The position numbers and the translations under genes are program-made. 64,000 nt of DNA, taken from assembly GCF_037042905.1 (NCBI RefSeq), contig NC_087252.1:20772001-20836000 (forward strand). Reading direction: 5' to 3'. How positions within the stretch are numbered: position 1 is the first letter of the stretch; every line of letters starts with the position of its first letter. The DNA comes from Lytechinus pictus (taxonomy: Eukaryota). The notes under the pieces were generated by a model. That model saw only the letters and a program-made list of their open reading frames with translations, had not been told where the DNA came from and made no database searches. Positions 49,150-61,611 of this stretch are shown here, piece after piece.

Positions 49150-50698
49150 TGTCTCGCCTGCATAGCAGAGCAAGACTAGGCCTGCGCCGCTTTTACGACG
49201 GCAGCGTCATCAACATCAAATCTTAAGTTAACCAAAGGTTAAGTTTTTGAAATGTCATCATAACTTATTTGGACCTATATCATGAAACTTGGACATAAGG
49301 GTAATCAAGTATTACTGTATATCCTGCCTGAGTTTTAGGTCACATGACCAAGGTCAATTGTCATTTAGGGTCAATGAACTTAGACCATGTTGGGGGAATC
49401 AACATCAAAATCTTAACCGAAGGTTAAGTTTTTGAAATATCATAACTCTAAGTATATGGATATAGTTCATGAAAGTTGGACACTAGAGTAATCAAGTATC
49501 ACTGAACATCCTTTGTGAGTTTCAAGTCACATGACCAAGGTCAAAGGTCATTTAGGGTCAATGAACTTAGATTACTGTATGTTAGGGGAATCAAAACATG
49601 ATCTTAACCAAGGTTAAGTTTTTTTTTAATATCATAACTCAGAAAGTATATGGGTCTACAGTGTAGTTCATGAAACTTGGTCATACGGGTAATCAAGCTT
49701 TCAGGTCACATGACCAAAGTCAATGAACTTTGGCCGTGTTGAGGGTTTTTGTTGAATTGCCATCATAACTTTGAAAGTTTATGGATCTAGTTCATGAAAT
49801 GTGGACCAGGGCCTGACCTTTACTTTTTTTTTAGGGAGCCAGCCGGGCTCCTCAACCACTTTTTTAGGGAGCCCGCAAGGGGTTCAGGGAGCCCAAGTTT
49901 ATCACATTTTTTTTGGGGTCATAACAATGGTCAGCATTAAAACACACCAACACAATTCCTTGTTTTTATAATCATCAATACCAGGTGTATTATTATTAAG
50001 TAAATGTGAGGATTAACTGAACTGAAGAATTAATCTTATAGCAATTGACTTTTGTGAAGCCCTTTTGCTACAGTAACAGTCTAACATTGGACTTCAGGTT
50101 TTATCAGAATGAGATATAGCACTGGATAAGTCACTCTTCCTCGCTTGTCTGTTCAAATTTATATTCATTCAATCTTCAATATTGCTCAACAGATTGAGCA
50201 AGCAATAATTAATATCATTTGCAGAGAGGAAAATAAATGACAAAAACTATTGAAAATGCATTTAACCACTAGGAATACACTTTTCTTTCAGAACCTTCCC
50301 AAAATATGATATTTTCATCCTTTGCTCAATCTGTTTCATTGCATATTCAATTTCCACTCAAATCGACATTCATCTCATCCATTATTTCAGAATAGACATC
50401 TTTGTTTACATTAAACTCAGCCACAGGCACTAGGAATGCCCAAGGGGCTCATACAATGACCCCTGCCATGGGGACATACCATTGTAACCAAGCAACACAG
50501 GCTCAATGTTGACAGTTACGAGGTCACTCACTGTTTTTATGAATGAACTTTCTTGGCTGATACTAGAAAAACTTAAGGAGCAAGCCGGGCATTTTGATTT
50601 ACTTTCTAAGGAGCCCGCCAAGGTTTTAGGGAGCCAATTGCCACCGGGCTCCCGCTAAAGTCGAGCCCTGTGGACATAAGGGTAATCAAGTATCACAT
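49150..50698 (+). mobile_element. Second copy of the Helentron-like element (3'-truncated, interrupted)
   Basis: tttttgtctcgcctgcatagcagag start and the same internal repeats as 20101-20906. The element resumes after 50670 with tggacataagggtaatcaagtatcac. Confidence 0.75.
49807..50670. mobile_element. TIR element with 5-bp TSD nested in the Helentron-like copy
   Basis: Ends cagggc...gccctg. Subterminal gggagcc motifs. TSD tggac on both sides. Confidence 0.8.
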
Positions 50699-50863
50699 TT
50701 TCACAAAATGCTGAAAATTTACCTGCTTTAATGCTACTTTTTTGCAGCCGTTTATTGGATTTTACATAAAATGTCACATTTCTGTCAGTCTGAAAGTTAT
50801 TTCTCTTTAAATCCACAAAGAAATTGTGATATTTTTTTAAATAAGAAAAATATTTTTTTCCAG

Positions 50864-50935
50864 ACACCCTACCCACCCATAGGACTCGTCATGGTGATGG
50901 GTCGGCCGACGCTTAACATCGTCTATTGGAAAATG
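50864..50935 (+). other. Candidate 5'UTR exon of the hnRNP K-like gene with upstream ATGs
   Basis: Acceptor tttttttccag and donor ATG|gtgagc. Next acceptor ttctttctttgcag ends at 51063. Confidence 0.5.
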
Positions 50936-51110
50936 GTGAGCTACCTCACCCTGTTAGATTACTGTTTTCATGTAATTCCCCCCTTTGATGGGGAAAACAA
51001 AGCAATTAAAAAAAATAACTTTATCATCACTTTTGTGTTTTTATTATGGTTCTTTCTTTGCAGGAAGTTTGAGATTCATCAGTAAGTGAACCGTGCTATC
51101 TGAAACCAAG

Positions 51111-52049
51111 ATGTCTGCAGAGAACCAAGGTCAGGTGTCGTTCCGGATACTGGTCAGCAGCAGCAAAGCTGGAGGTGTCATAGGCAAAGGTGGTCATAAC
51201 ATCAAACGCCTTCGGGAACAGTACGAAGCAGATGTGATCATTCCAAACAGTGGCGGCTCACACCGTGTCCTGCAGATATCGGGTGGTAATCTAGAGAACT
51301 GCCTGACTATCATAAAGGAGATTATTCCCCTCATTGTAGATGAGGGCTCAGGGTTTCCTGTCGATGAGACGGCTACAGCGACAGTGAGTGTCTTGGTGCA
51401 GAGCAGCCAGGTAGGGGCCATCATTGGAAGAGGAGGAGCGAAGATCAAGGAACTCCGGGAAAAGACTGGTTCCAATTTGACTGTCATGCAGGACTGCCTT
51501 CCTAATTCGACAGAGCGTCAAGTCCAAGTCATCGGCACCTTGGATGCGGTAGTGTCGGCCCTGCGAGAGATCCACGAGACATGCAGTGAATTCCCAGTCA
51601 AAGGCCAGGCCATCCCATATGATCCATCAGTTGACGTCTCCGCAGGTTACGGTTGGAATGCCGGCGGCTTTGGTGGACCGATGGGAAGAGGGGGTGGAGG
51701 AATGGGAATGCGTGGAGGTCGAGGTGGTCGAGGTGGCAGAATGGGACCAAACCAAGGGTTTGGTGGTGGCTTTGGCGGTGCCGATCATGGGGGCTTTCGT
51801 GGTGACATCCAGACCACCCAGAACACAGTCCCTAACGACCTAATCGGAGCGGTCATAGGCAGAGGCGGGGAACGCATCAGGAACATCCGTATGAATAGCG
51901 GAGCCGAGATCGAGATCGCCAACCCCGTCCCTGATGCAGTCGACAGGATCATCACTATCAGAGGCACCCATGAGCAGATCAACCATGCCCAGTTCCTGCT
52001 GCAACAGTGCATCAGGCAGTTTGGGGGAACAGCGGCACAATCATTCTAG
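51111..52049 (+). CDS. HNRNPK: hnRNP K homolog: 3 KH domains plus RGG linker, 312 aa, uninterrupted CDS
   Basis: KH1 RILV..SKAGGVIGKGGHNIKRLR, KH2 VQSSQVGAIIGRGGAKIKELRE..CLPNSTER, MGMRGGRGGRGGR linker, KH3 TTQ.TVP.DL.G.VIGRGGERI..DRIITIRGT.EQI..AQFLLQ. First ATG in aagATGt at 51111. Confidence 0.88.
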   Translation: MSAENQGQVSFRILVSSSKAGGVIGKGGHNIKRLREQYEADVIIPNSGGSHRVLQISGGNLENCLTIIKEIIPLIVDEGSGFPVDETATATVSVLVQSSQVGAIIGRGGAKIKELREKTGSNLTVMQDCLPNSTERQVQVIGTLDAVVSALREIHETCSEFPVKGQAIPYDPSVDVSAGYGWNAGGFGGPMGRGGGGMGMRGGRGGRGGRMGPNQGFGGGFGGADHGGFRGDIQTTQNTVPNDLIGAVIGRGGERIRNIRMNSGAEIEIANPVPDAVDRIITIRGTHEQINHAQFLLQQCIRQFGGTAAQSF

Positions 52050-53249
52050 TCTTTGTCATGAAAAAGGACAATTGGAGATTTATAAAGACATTCTCTACCT
52101 CTATTCAATACAAATCTGTTGGAAATAGAGGATCAACGTATGATGGCCCAGTTAATGAAAGTAAATGACTGAAATACCTTGAGGGACATGTATTTTGCAA
52201 TGAGATGGGGTAATATTGTATGAGCCAATTTTGCCATGTACATGTTCAAGTATTTCATCAATTTCAGTTTTACTCCAGATTTTCACAAATTAGTGTGTTC
52301 ATAATTCCTTGATTTCTCTCTCCATTTGCAGCAATGATTGTGAAGGTTAAATTCACACTTTATTTTAATTCCTACATGGTGGAGAGCCTGTTATAGAAAG
52401 AGTTGCACTTGAATGCAGGTTTAGAAGGAAAAAAAAACAATCACATATCCCGTATGCATTTTACTGGTCGGAAGTCAAGTTGTGATTTTTTTTTTTTAGT
52501 TATATTTGATTGTAACTCTTTCGCCAATGGGTCCCAGATCTTGGTGTGCTACGCCTCATCATCAGTGAGATAGCCTGTTAAATACCTTACAGCATCTGCA
52601 CTTTAGCATGACTTTGGCATTTTGAATCACACTTTTTTTAAAACAATCCCTGGGGGTGTTTCACAAAGATTTAAATATGACTTGAGAGTTGCACTCAAAT
52701 TCCCAGTTGCTTGCCGTATAAAAGACATCACGTATTGCATAGGTCAAATTAGGAGCGTATCCAGCCGGATTTAACACAGTACCATTTTAGGGGCCATATT
52801 GTTTTTTGCACAATAGTCGGCCTCTCACAACTATTGTGTCTTATCCGGCTGGATCCCTGCTTGGGTCAAATCATGCTGTGCATATCAATCAATAAGTTGC
52901 ACGTTACGTATCATTTGCGCATCAGCATTTAAGTCAGACTCGTGAAACACCCTTCGTACAAGTACCACAGAATATATCAGCCTTTGAATTTTAGGAAAAT
53001 TAACTATCTAATGGATGGAGGTGCTTCATGCAGAGATGTCAGTTTTTACACTTCTTTTCTTTTTTCTTTTTTTGTAATTTGCTGTATTTGATTCATGGAA
53101 TATATCGTTTTCTCCTATAAAATGAATTGTAGTACTAATATCATAGTAAAAATACTTTTCTTTTCTTCTATTATGTGGCTGAATCACAAGATTCAACCCT
53201 GAAATGAAATGCTGTACAAAGTGGTTGACATTCCTGGGTCCTTATATAA

Positions 53250-53519
53250 GGTCCCCGTCTTACAAACAGTTGCGATTGACCCGATCAATCGCAACTATGG
53301 ACGGCCACATCAACGTCAACATCTAAAATGCATGTTCAAAATATTTTCTAGCTGTGATGTATATTCATGCATTCATTGTTTTTTTGAAAATTCACTGTGC
53401 TGGCTCTTTGTTTACAAAGGACATGTCGCAAATTTTCTGTAGAAAAAATTATGACACTGATGGATTTCCATAGAGTAACGATTGATCAGATCAATCTTAA
53501 CTCTCTGTAAGATGGGGCC
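53250..53519. mobile_element. Short MITE
   Basis: TIRs ggtccccgtcttaca / tgtaagatggggcc. Confidence 0.6.
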
Positions 53520-54714
53520 ATGATATATGATCGTAAATAACAATCGATTGAATTGTTCTCACAAGTTCGAAGCACAAATGGGCCTGCATTACACAATATT
53601 TTACTTTACGAGTCGCCTGAAGAGATTGATTGAAAACCCGTCCCTCTTGCGCTCAAATGATTTAACTTTCTTTCACTTCAGTATTTGTTTTCTGTTCAGA
53701 CTATTATTAATTTTTTGTCATGGATCCAAGCAGAATTTTGGCTTTGATGGTTAAATCAGCATGTTATACTTAATAGTCACCAAATAATTACTCATCAGAG
53801 TCATCCGATCGCCATCAAAAATAATTTGTTATACAAAACACTTGCGAGGTCATGAGAGGGAGTGTGTAAAAATAATTCTATTTTATCAACTTATTGGTAA
53901 ATACCTGGGGGGGGGGGGGCACTCAAATTATATTTTGATGGGATGTGCCTCACGAAACCCTGAAATGGTGGTCTAAGGAACTGACCACAAGGGTAAAATA
54001 CGGGGTCGTGGGAACTAAATATGTACGTGAAAATAGGGTCTAAGGATCGTGGTACAGTAGGTACGGTGCATGCTAGCGCCGCGTGCATGTTTATGTGGGC
54101 GCTAGCGGTGCATGGAGCTGCTAGCGGAAGGAGTTGTGAAGCCGTGCGTGCAGCTCGCGCTGGACGATTTTGGCAGGGCAAGGGAACTGAGATTTTTTCA
54201 GAACCGGGGTCTTGCAAGCGGGGCGGCTTCTGAATGGAACTTTTGTCATTAGGGAGTATCTAGAGAACTGAAAATTAGGTCTGAAAAGGGGTCATCAAAG
54301 TGGCACGTCCCCGTACCACCAATATACATGTATTTGAGTGCCCCCCCCCCCCCCCCCCCCCCCCCGATGGTGAATATTGACCAGCACACAGCAGCAAGTC
54401 TGAAAAGACCAATTTACAATCTGATTACAATACATAGTAAAATTACATGATATTGTACAGCTTATAGCATTGTGGGGCTTAATGATTGAATTGGAAATTA
54501 ATTTTTGTGATCATTGGGTCATGATATAAATGTATGTAAGGTTTCCATTTCAACATATGCCCACGCTGCAAATTATGCTGTCATAGCCCCATCCATTGCA
54601 AGCTTGAAGGGGCCTTTAGGTTAGGACATGTTCCTTTTTCATGAACTACCCCCTCTTGTTTTTATCGGGAATAAATTTTCTTGGTATTGCATCACCATTA
54701 GCTCCACATTTTTC

Positions 54715-55281
54715 AAGTCCACCCCAGAAAAATGTTGATTTGAATAAATAGGGAAAATATCTAACAAGCATGCTGAAAATTTCATCAAAATCAGATGTAA
54801 AATAACAAAGTTATGACATTTTAAAATTTCGCTTATTTTTCACAAAACAGTGATATGCAAATGAGACAGTCGATGATGTCCCTCGCTCTTTCTTTTGTTT
54901 TTTATTGTTTGAATTATACAATATTTCATTTTTTACAGAGTTGACAATAAGGACCAACTTGATTGAAACATATAGTATTGAACAATGCTAATTGCACAAG
55001 TTCAGGGAGGAATTATCGTTGTTTCACAAGACAACGGAGAAAATTGTAATATTTCATATAAAAAATACAAAAGAAATAGTGAGTGAGTGATGTCATCAGT
55101 CTCCTTATTTGCATACCGACAAGGATGTGAATATAACTGTTTTGTGAAATTAAGCGAAACTCTAAGATGTCGTAACTTTCTTATTTTACCTGTGATTTTG
55201 ATGAAATTTTCAGTGTTATGCTTGTTGGATTTTTCTCTTTTTATTCGAATCAACTTTTTATTTGGGTGGATTTGTCTTTAA
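54715..55281. mobile_element. Kolobok-like MITE (left end eroded); partial copy at ~42660-42846
   Basis: aagtccacccca ... gggtggatttgtct|ttaa. Inverted tgctgaaaatttcatcaaaatc / gattttgatgaaattttcagtg. Confidence 0.65.
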
Positions 55282-57114
55282 GACTGCTACTTGTACTCAA
55301 ACATTACTTTGTGTAGCAGATTTCTACAGAGGACCGTACAGAATTGAGTTGAAAGCACTTTTCTTGTGATTGAAAATGCTGAAAAAAATTGGTAACCAAA
55401 ATTATTATTCCCTGATGCACATCCAAATTTTTGGTCTTTGGCTTGAACACTATCATAAAATAAAGTGGTTTCATTTGTAATGGTGACATGAAACTCAGTG
55501 ATACATATACATGTAATATTTAATGCAATAAGGCATTTAAAATGACGTTCATGTACACTTGTTCCAGGGGTTAAATTAAAGCTAAATGAAAGTAGTTGCA
55601 ATAAAACACTGATTTCATGAGAAAGTCTGTAAAACCAAGGTTAAGTATTACTACTAGTATATCATCGTGGATCTATATTTGGTACAGTCACATGAACTGA
55701 ACTTTGTGAAATCATAAAATCTAAGCTGATAAACGATCACACTGACGATCACCAACACAGATAGGCACACGTGGGACAGTGTATATTAGTATTGCTGGAA
55801 TAAAGACCCGACGTAAGTGCCCGAATCCGCGCTTATTTTGCTTATTTCTCAGCAATTACACAATTTCTTCCAGAATCCTTTGGCACATTTTGTATTCATA
55901 CAAACCGGCACTTGGGTGGTCATTATATTGGATTCTGTAAAAAGTCATTTTGAGATTGTTACCACAACTGGCATTTATCTTTAATTTGTGTACCGGTAAT
56001 TCATTTCTTTCAGAGTGCTTCTATTCGTTCTATATGTTTTGTTTGGCAAACAATACATTTTTTTTTGTTCCTGTGTGTAGAGTCAGGTTAGATGAGGATA
56101 AGGGAGTCATGATTAAAAATAGAAATATTCATTGCTGCCTATGTACATGTTAGACAGTATTTTAATATCTATTATTGCATTTATTCATATTGTTCCTAAG
56201 GTTTTGATAAAAGTACTGTGCGTGTACACCGTCATTGAATGGTGCGTTTGAATTACGAAAATGTATAGCTTTAACTTGTGTATTTTGGATTATACATGTT
56301 CATTGTACATGGATACATATTTTAGAAGTTAGATGATAATAAACCCCACCCATTCTCGTGTAGTCTTATCTCATGCATATTTTTTTTATTACAATTATTG
56401 GCAATTTGGCTTATTATTGGCAACCTAAGTAATTACTAGTCTTGTCGGTGATGTCCGATTCCATGCAAGAAAGAAGCAAAAAGTAATGTATTCAGATTTT
56501 TTCAGACTGAATTCCAATACTAGTAATTATGTCGCTTATTTTAACAAGAATATGTATAATATTTCGTTATAAGGTTTGGGGGAAAACATTAACTATGTTT
56601 GTAAAATTATCTATTGCATGTATTATATTGCATATATGATTATTTTTTGGACTTCTTTATTTGATATTTTCACTTTTATGAAACCAAGTAGAGGATTTGT
56701 AATTTTTATGCCGATTGTATTTTAATTTTCGATATTCTGTGCGTGACCAATAAATTGGATTGAATCAAAATCTCAATTCAATCACGATTAGTTTTGTAAG
56801 TTTGTGTTGGTTTTTTTTTTAATAAAAATAAATGTACTCTGTACATGTAGAACCTAAGTTTGTTCTTATCACATTCTTTTTTTTTATCATTAGTTCCAAT
56901 GAGTACACTTAAACGGGAAGTTACCCTGACAATCAGTTTTTATAAAAACAGAAAAATTCGAGAAATATATTCAGGGGTCGATTAAAATCCATGAAAGAAT
57001 AAGAGAGTTTAAAGTTCTATACTTGTGATGTCATATGTGAGCAATTTCTTGATACATCATGTATTATGAATTCCTATAAATTCATTTTTGTTTTAAATGG
57101 ACCTTGATGATTAA

Positions 57115-57800
57115 CCCTATTCAGGCTGGGGGGCTTCAGAGGCCCCCTTGAATGATTCGTGCAAGATTTTCGCCGCGTGAAATTTTTTACCGCACCGCTC
57201 GCTGACTTTTTACTTTCAAGTCTTGCGCAACTTTAGGGACCAGTTTTGCGTCACCCAGGTACGGGGTTCCGAAATTATGCAACATTATGTACTGTAAGTG
57301 CATGTCAGTCCAAAAAATTGACAAAGTCAATGCAAATTGTGTTTTCAACCAAAATCATAAATGGATGATTATTTTTAGTTTTGCTGGTCTAAATGTATTT
57401 ATTTTATGCTGTTTATGATCTCAGAAGAGTCCCAAACAAATGCATTGAAAAAATAATTAAAAACCAAAGGTAAAAAAACAGAGAAATACATAAGAAATTG
57501 CAAAAAACAATATAATACATAAGAAATTGATCTGATATCGCAACTTTTTCATGTACATTTGCTAAGAACACCACAAAGAATTTTTAACCAAATATAACAT
57601 TTGGAGCATATTTAGGGAGTTAATAGCAATTTACATGAAATGAATTACTACACAATTAAGTAGATTATGTCCCAGACAACCTTCATGCCAATTTTAGGCG
57701 CGGTCAATGGTCGAGATCTCAAGGGGGTGGCCTGGGCCCAGGCCCCACCCCCCCCCCCCCCGGCCATATGAACTCCCAAAATACCCCGGCCTAGATAGGG
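57115..57800. mobile_element. piggyBac-type MITE
   Basis: TTAA|ccctattcaggctgggg ... ccccggcctagataggg|TTAA. Confidence 0.8.
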
Positions 57801-58831
57801 TTAAAAATGCTTTTCTTATAGAAAGGAGTAGAAATAATGGGATGATATATCCACCTAACAAATATTATTGTCTTCAATTTTTTTTTTCGAAGATTGTAAC
57901 TTATAATCTGGGAGAAATTCCCCTTTAAATTGGCCAATTTCATTAAAAAAAAATAACGGCTGTGGTAATTCTGCCAGTATGGAAACTACGTAAAGCATCA
58001 TCCATGGGAACTTGGATCTTTTATTTGATTTATTTATTTGATTTATTTATTTTCTTCTGCATAACAGCATGATTTTGTAAAAACAAGTGTAAAAAAAATG
58101 TAGACAAATCATAAATATACATCACGGAGCATAAAATCACTAGCGGTAGACGGATTGCCATTGTAAGCAAATATGCTTAGAATTTGACAAACCAAAACCT
58201 CAATTTTTTTATCATATTGAATGAGTCGAATGATTTAGATATAGAAGAAAAAACACTTGTAATACTATAGATAATAAAGATGGAAAATAGTGACAAAAAT
58301 GATGATTATGCTGAATATGATGATGATGATGATGGTGATTGATGATGATGGTGGTGGTGGCTAATATTCAATTCAAAATGGTTTATTCAGATAAAAAACT
58401 TTCATCACAGCACAGAGCCGAATTACAAAAAGTTTTTACAATATAAAAGATTGAAATTATAAGGAATAAGCAAAGTGTGGCATATAACAAAAAAAAAACA
58501 CAATACAATAAAACAACAAATATGGTACAAAAAAAACAAAAACTTATTACAAGACAAAAAGTGTTCAATATGACGTTGACGTCAATTACAAGAATCACAG
58601 AACTAAAACAAATAATACATTTCATAAGGATGTAATGATGATGATTTTGAGCTCTGATACCAAATGACAATAATTATAGCAAAGTTACCATAGTTGTAAG
58701 CTCTTTATGAAACGAGGGCCCCTGGACGCCCTAGCGCTGGCAGCTAGCGCTTGAAAGAAGACTATCTTCCTGCGCGCACTTCGTTTCGTTTTTGCCTGGA
58801 TGAACAAGCGGTCAAAAGGGACCTGAATATC

Positions 58832-58850
58832 ATGAATTTAGAGCTTCTTG
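58832..58850 (+). CDS. RBBP5: RBBP5 (COMPASS/MLL WD40 subunit) coding exon 1
   Basis: ATG AAT TTA GAG CTT CTT G|gtaagt = MNLELL, the RBBP5 N-terminus. Confidence 0.9.
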
Positions 58851-60953
58851 GTAAGTATTTTTAGTTTCTAAAGATACATGAGTCGATCAAATTTATATTT
58901 ATTCATTGAATGTATAATCTAAGTATTTTTTTAGAAATAAAACGTCACATTTCACGACGATTTCATGAGAATGGTGAACACGTCCCCACATATTGAAATT
59001 TGTGTTTGCTCAAGTCAAAGTTTCTTGATTCGGGAGGCCGTGGACAGGGTCTCTCTAATTAAATATGATCTTGAATTTCTTTTCTAGATTTTAAATTTAT
59101 ATTCGTAAGAATTTCATAATGGACTCTCCATATGCTCCTTCACTTTAAAACTAATTATAGTATCGATTGATAAATGCAGTGACAGTGTAAACGACGCTCG
59201 CTCCACGTCCACGAAACAATTCACACAATGCACAGTCATAAGTTAGACCGATAAATAGGTCTATTTTTGTCAGGAATATGCTCCGCTGAGACTTCATTTG
59301 GCTCCGCTGCATCCCCTCCGCCCTCCGTCAATAGACCGGTGAGAAACTCCGAAGTCAGAAACAGCGGATTTATCAGTCTAACTCTAAGTCTAACTAAGCT
59401 GCACAGATATTTCACACGGGCATTGACTCACCAAATGGAAGTCCCCATTTCAATTACAAAAACCCCTTTAAAAGGAACATTTTGCCTTTTAAAAAGCGGA
59501 TTCTAGTTGCACCATATTTCCTGAGCAAGTTGCAGCTTAGCTCAAATTCCAGAAGTGGGGTCCCCGAAAAATGCACCAAAAATTAAGAAATCTGTGAAGT
59601 TTGACGTTTGGGAACATTCCGTAAAGTTTGCAAACATTCTCGCAAATTTAGGATCGTATCTTCAAAGTAACCAATTTTAAAAAAAATGAAAAACTCTACT
59701 GCATTGGATTTCCACAGAAATCAAGTTGAGGGCATGCTAGCGGCAGGCCTTCATTTGACATGGGGTCCAAACATGATCAGGGAGCGAATAGCCACTGCAA
59801 CTTTAGGGTTGCATATTGCATGCAGTGCGGTGCAATTCAGTGGCGATGCGGTATGTCTAACAAAGCACAGGGGCTGTCGAATCACGGGCGCAAAACGTGG
59901 TGATACATTTCAAGATTTTATTAAATGTTAAGATAGAAGGGGAAAAAAACTATTAAAAACAGGCAAATATATGCAACAAACATTGATGCAAATTAAACGA
60001 CCTATTTTAAAATAAAAATTAAAAAATATTGCAAACAAGCTATAACTCTAACTAGTCTAAATAAGTCTACAGCATACACTGCACAGCAAGGCCGAGGGCT
60101 TATTTTAGCTGTAATTTTCTTGTCACATTGAAAGGGTGTCATTGTCCTGTTCTCTACATGTACATGGTATTGACATGGAGATCAACGTGAAATGTATCGA
60201 ATTTATTTTATTCATAAAAAGGGACACCTTGTTTGGTTTTTAGTAGGCCTAGGGAAGTTTCTAGAGTAGTATTAAAGTCAAAGATGCATCATCGGTGACA
60301 ATAATGATACTTTATACTTAGGCTTTGGTCTTAGTCCTAGTCTGATTACCTTGCCTTAGGCTAAGGCAACTTTAGGATGCCAGAATTGGAATCATGCTAC
60401 TGCTTGCAAGGCCGTGGGCATTTTTTTAATCGAGGAACAAGATGAAAGTTTGCATTTACCTTGCTTATTTAGTTAGGTCTACTCCATAATCTTGAAAATG
60501 GAACCGATCAATTTGTATTTTCTCTTACACTGTATATGAAAATGTGAAACCCCCAAAGTCTCATCTTAACAGTAAAGGATCCTCACTTGTCATCTTCATG
60601 CATACATGTATGTACATTAATCATGTGTGGATGAATTGAATATGAAAAGTCTCTGAACCATCATACTGTACATCGTTATCCACGCTTCTATTTTTATTAG
60701 ATTTATTCATTTTCACAATGAGATAAAAATGCAGGTACACTGTACATCTGTCTCTTCGTGAAAAAGTAAATAAAATAAAATTAGAACAGTAATGGAGGAA
60801 ACTTTTGTTGATGCACATACATCAAAATAAGATGGTAGACCCTTTTCAAAGTTTCTAAAAGTAATCCATGTTGAGTTGGGTTATCTTAAATAAGTAAGGG
60901 AAGTCAATATTCAACAAGTTTAGTTATTTTCTTTCTTGTATTGTCTTGTACAG

Positions 60954-60979
60954 AGTCCTTTGGGCAAAACTTTCCTGAG
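60954..60979 (+). CDS. RBBP5: RBBP5 coding exon 2 (26-nt microexon)
   Basis: Acceptor cttgtacag, (E)SFGQNFPE, donor GAG|gtaagt, phase 1-0. Confidence 0.92.
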
Positions 60980-61611
60980 GTAAGTTGACTCTCATCCCCT
61001 TTCCTTGCATGTTACGTATTACCTATGTTTTATTGTTTGACTTAAATGAAACCAAAGGAAAGAAAATTCAGACATTCCTTTAGCTTCAAGCATGATATTC
61101 TTCTGACTAAAATTGGAATTCCTTTTTTATTAATATATTTTTTCTTAGATTTATTAAATTCATTTTTGATTATTTTTACGTGAAATCCTTTGCCCAAAAA
61201 CATTCCCATGCTGTATTTACTGCTTTTTTAAAGTCAAATGATAAAGCTATCATGCAGACTCACCTTGAGAAATCACTCTCGATTTCTTTACTATGCAAGA
61301 GCTTGTAACCCTGACCGAGGCGCCTTGGACTTCGGCAGTGACTTAGCAACCCTTTGCTATTTTTTAGATTTTTTTTCTGTGGGGGATATCATGCCTGAGC
61401 CTTAATAACAAGGACCACCAGATAGCAGTAGGCAATAGATTAACCTGTTGACTTCTTTCAGGAGGAAATGAATTATCCAGTTTAATACAGGCATTCCCAT
61501 AGAATTTGCAAGGAACCACCCATTTCCATTTATGAAGCAGTGGGAATACCCTTTTGATTACTGAATTCAGTCATTCCCATATACTTCGTACAGGGACCAC
61601 GAGGTTCCAGT

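Noticed and set aside
51093..51110. GTG start for the KH protein
   Set aside because: The gene is eukaryotic and the first ATG is at 51111.
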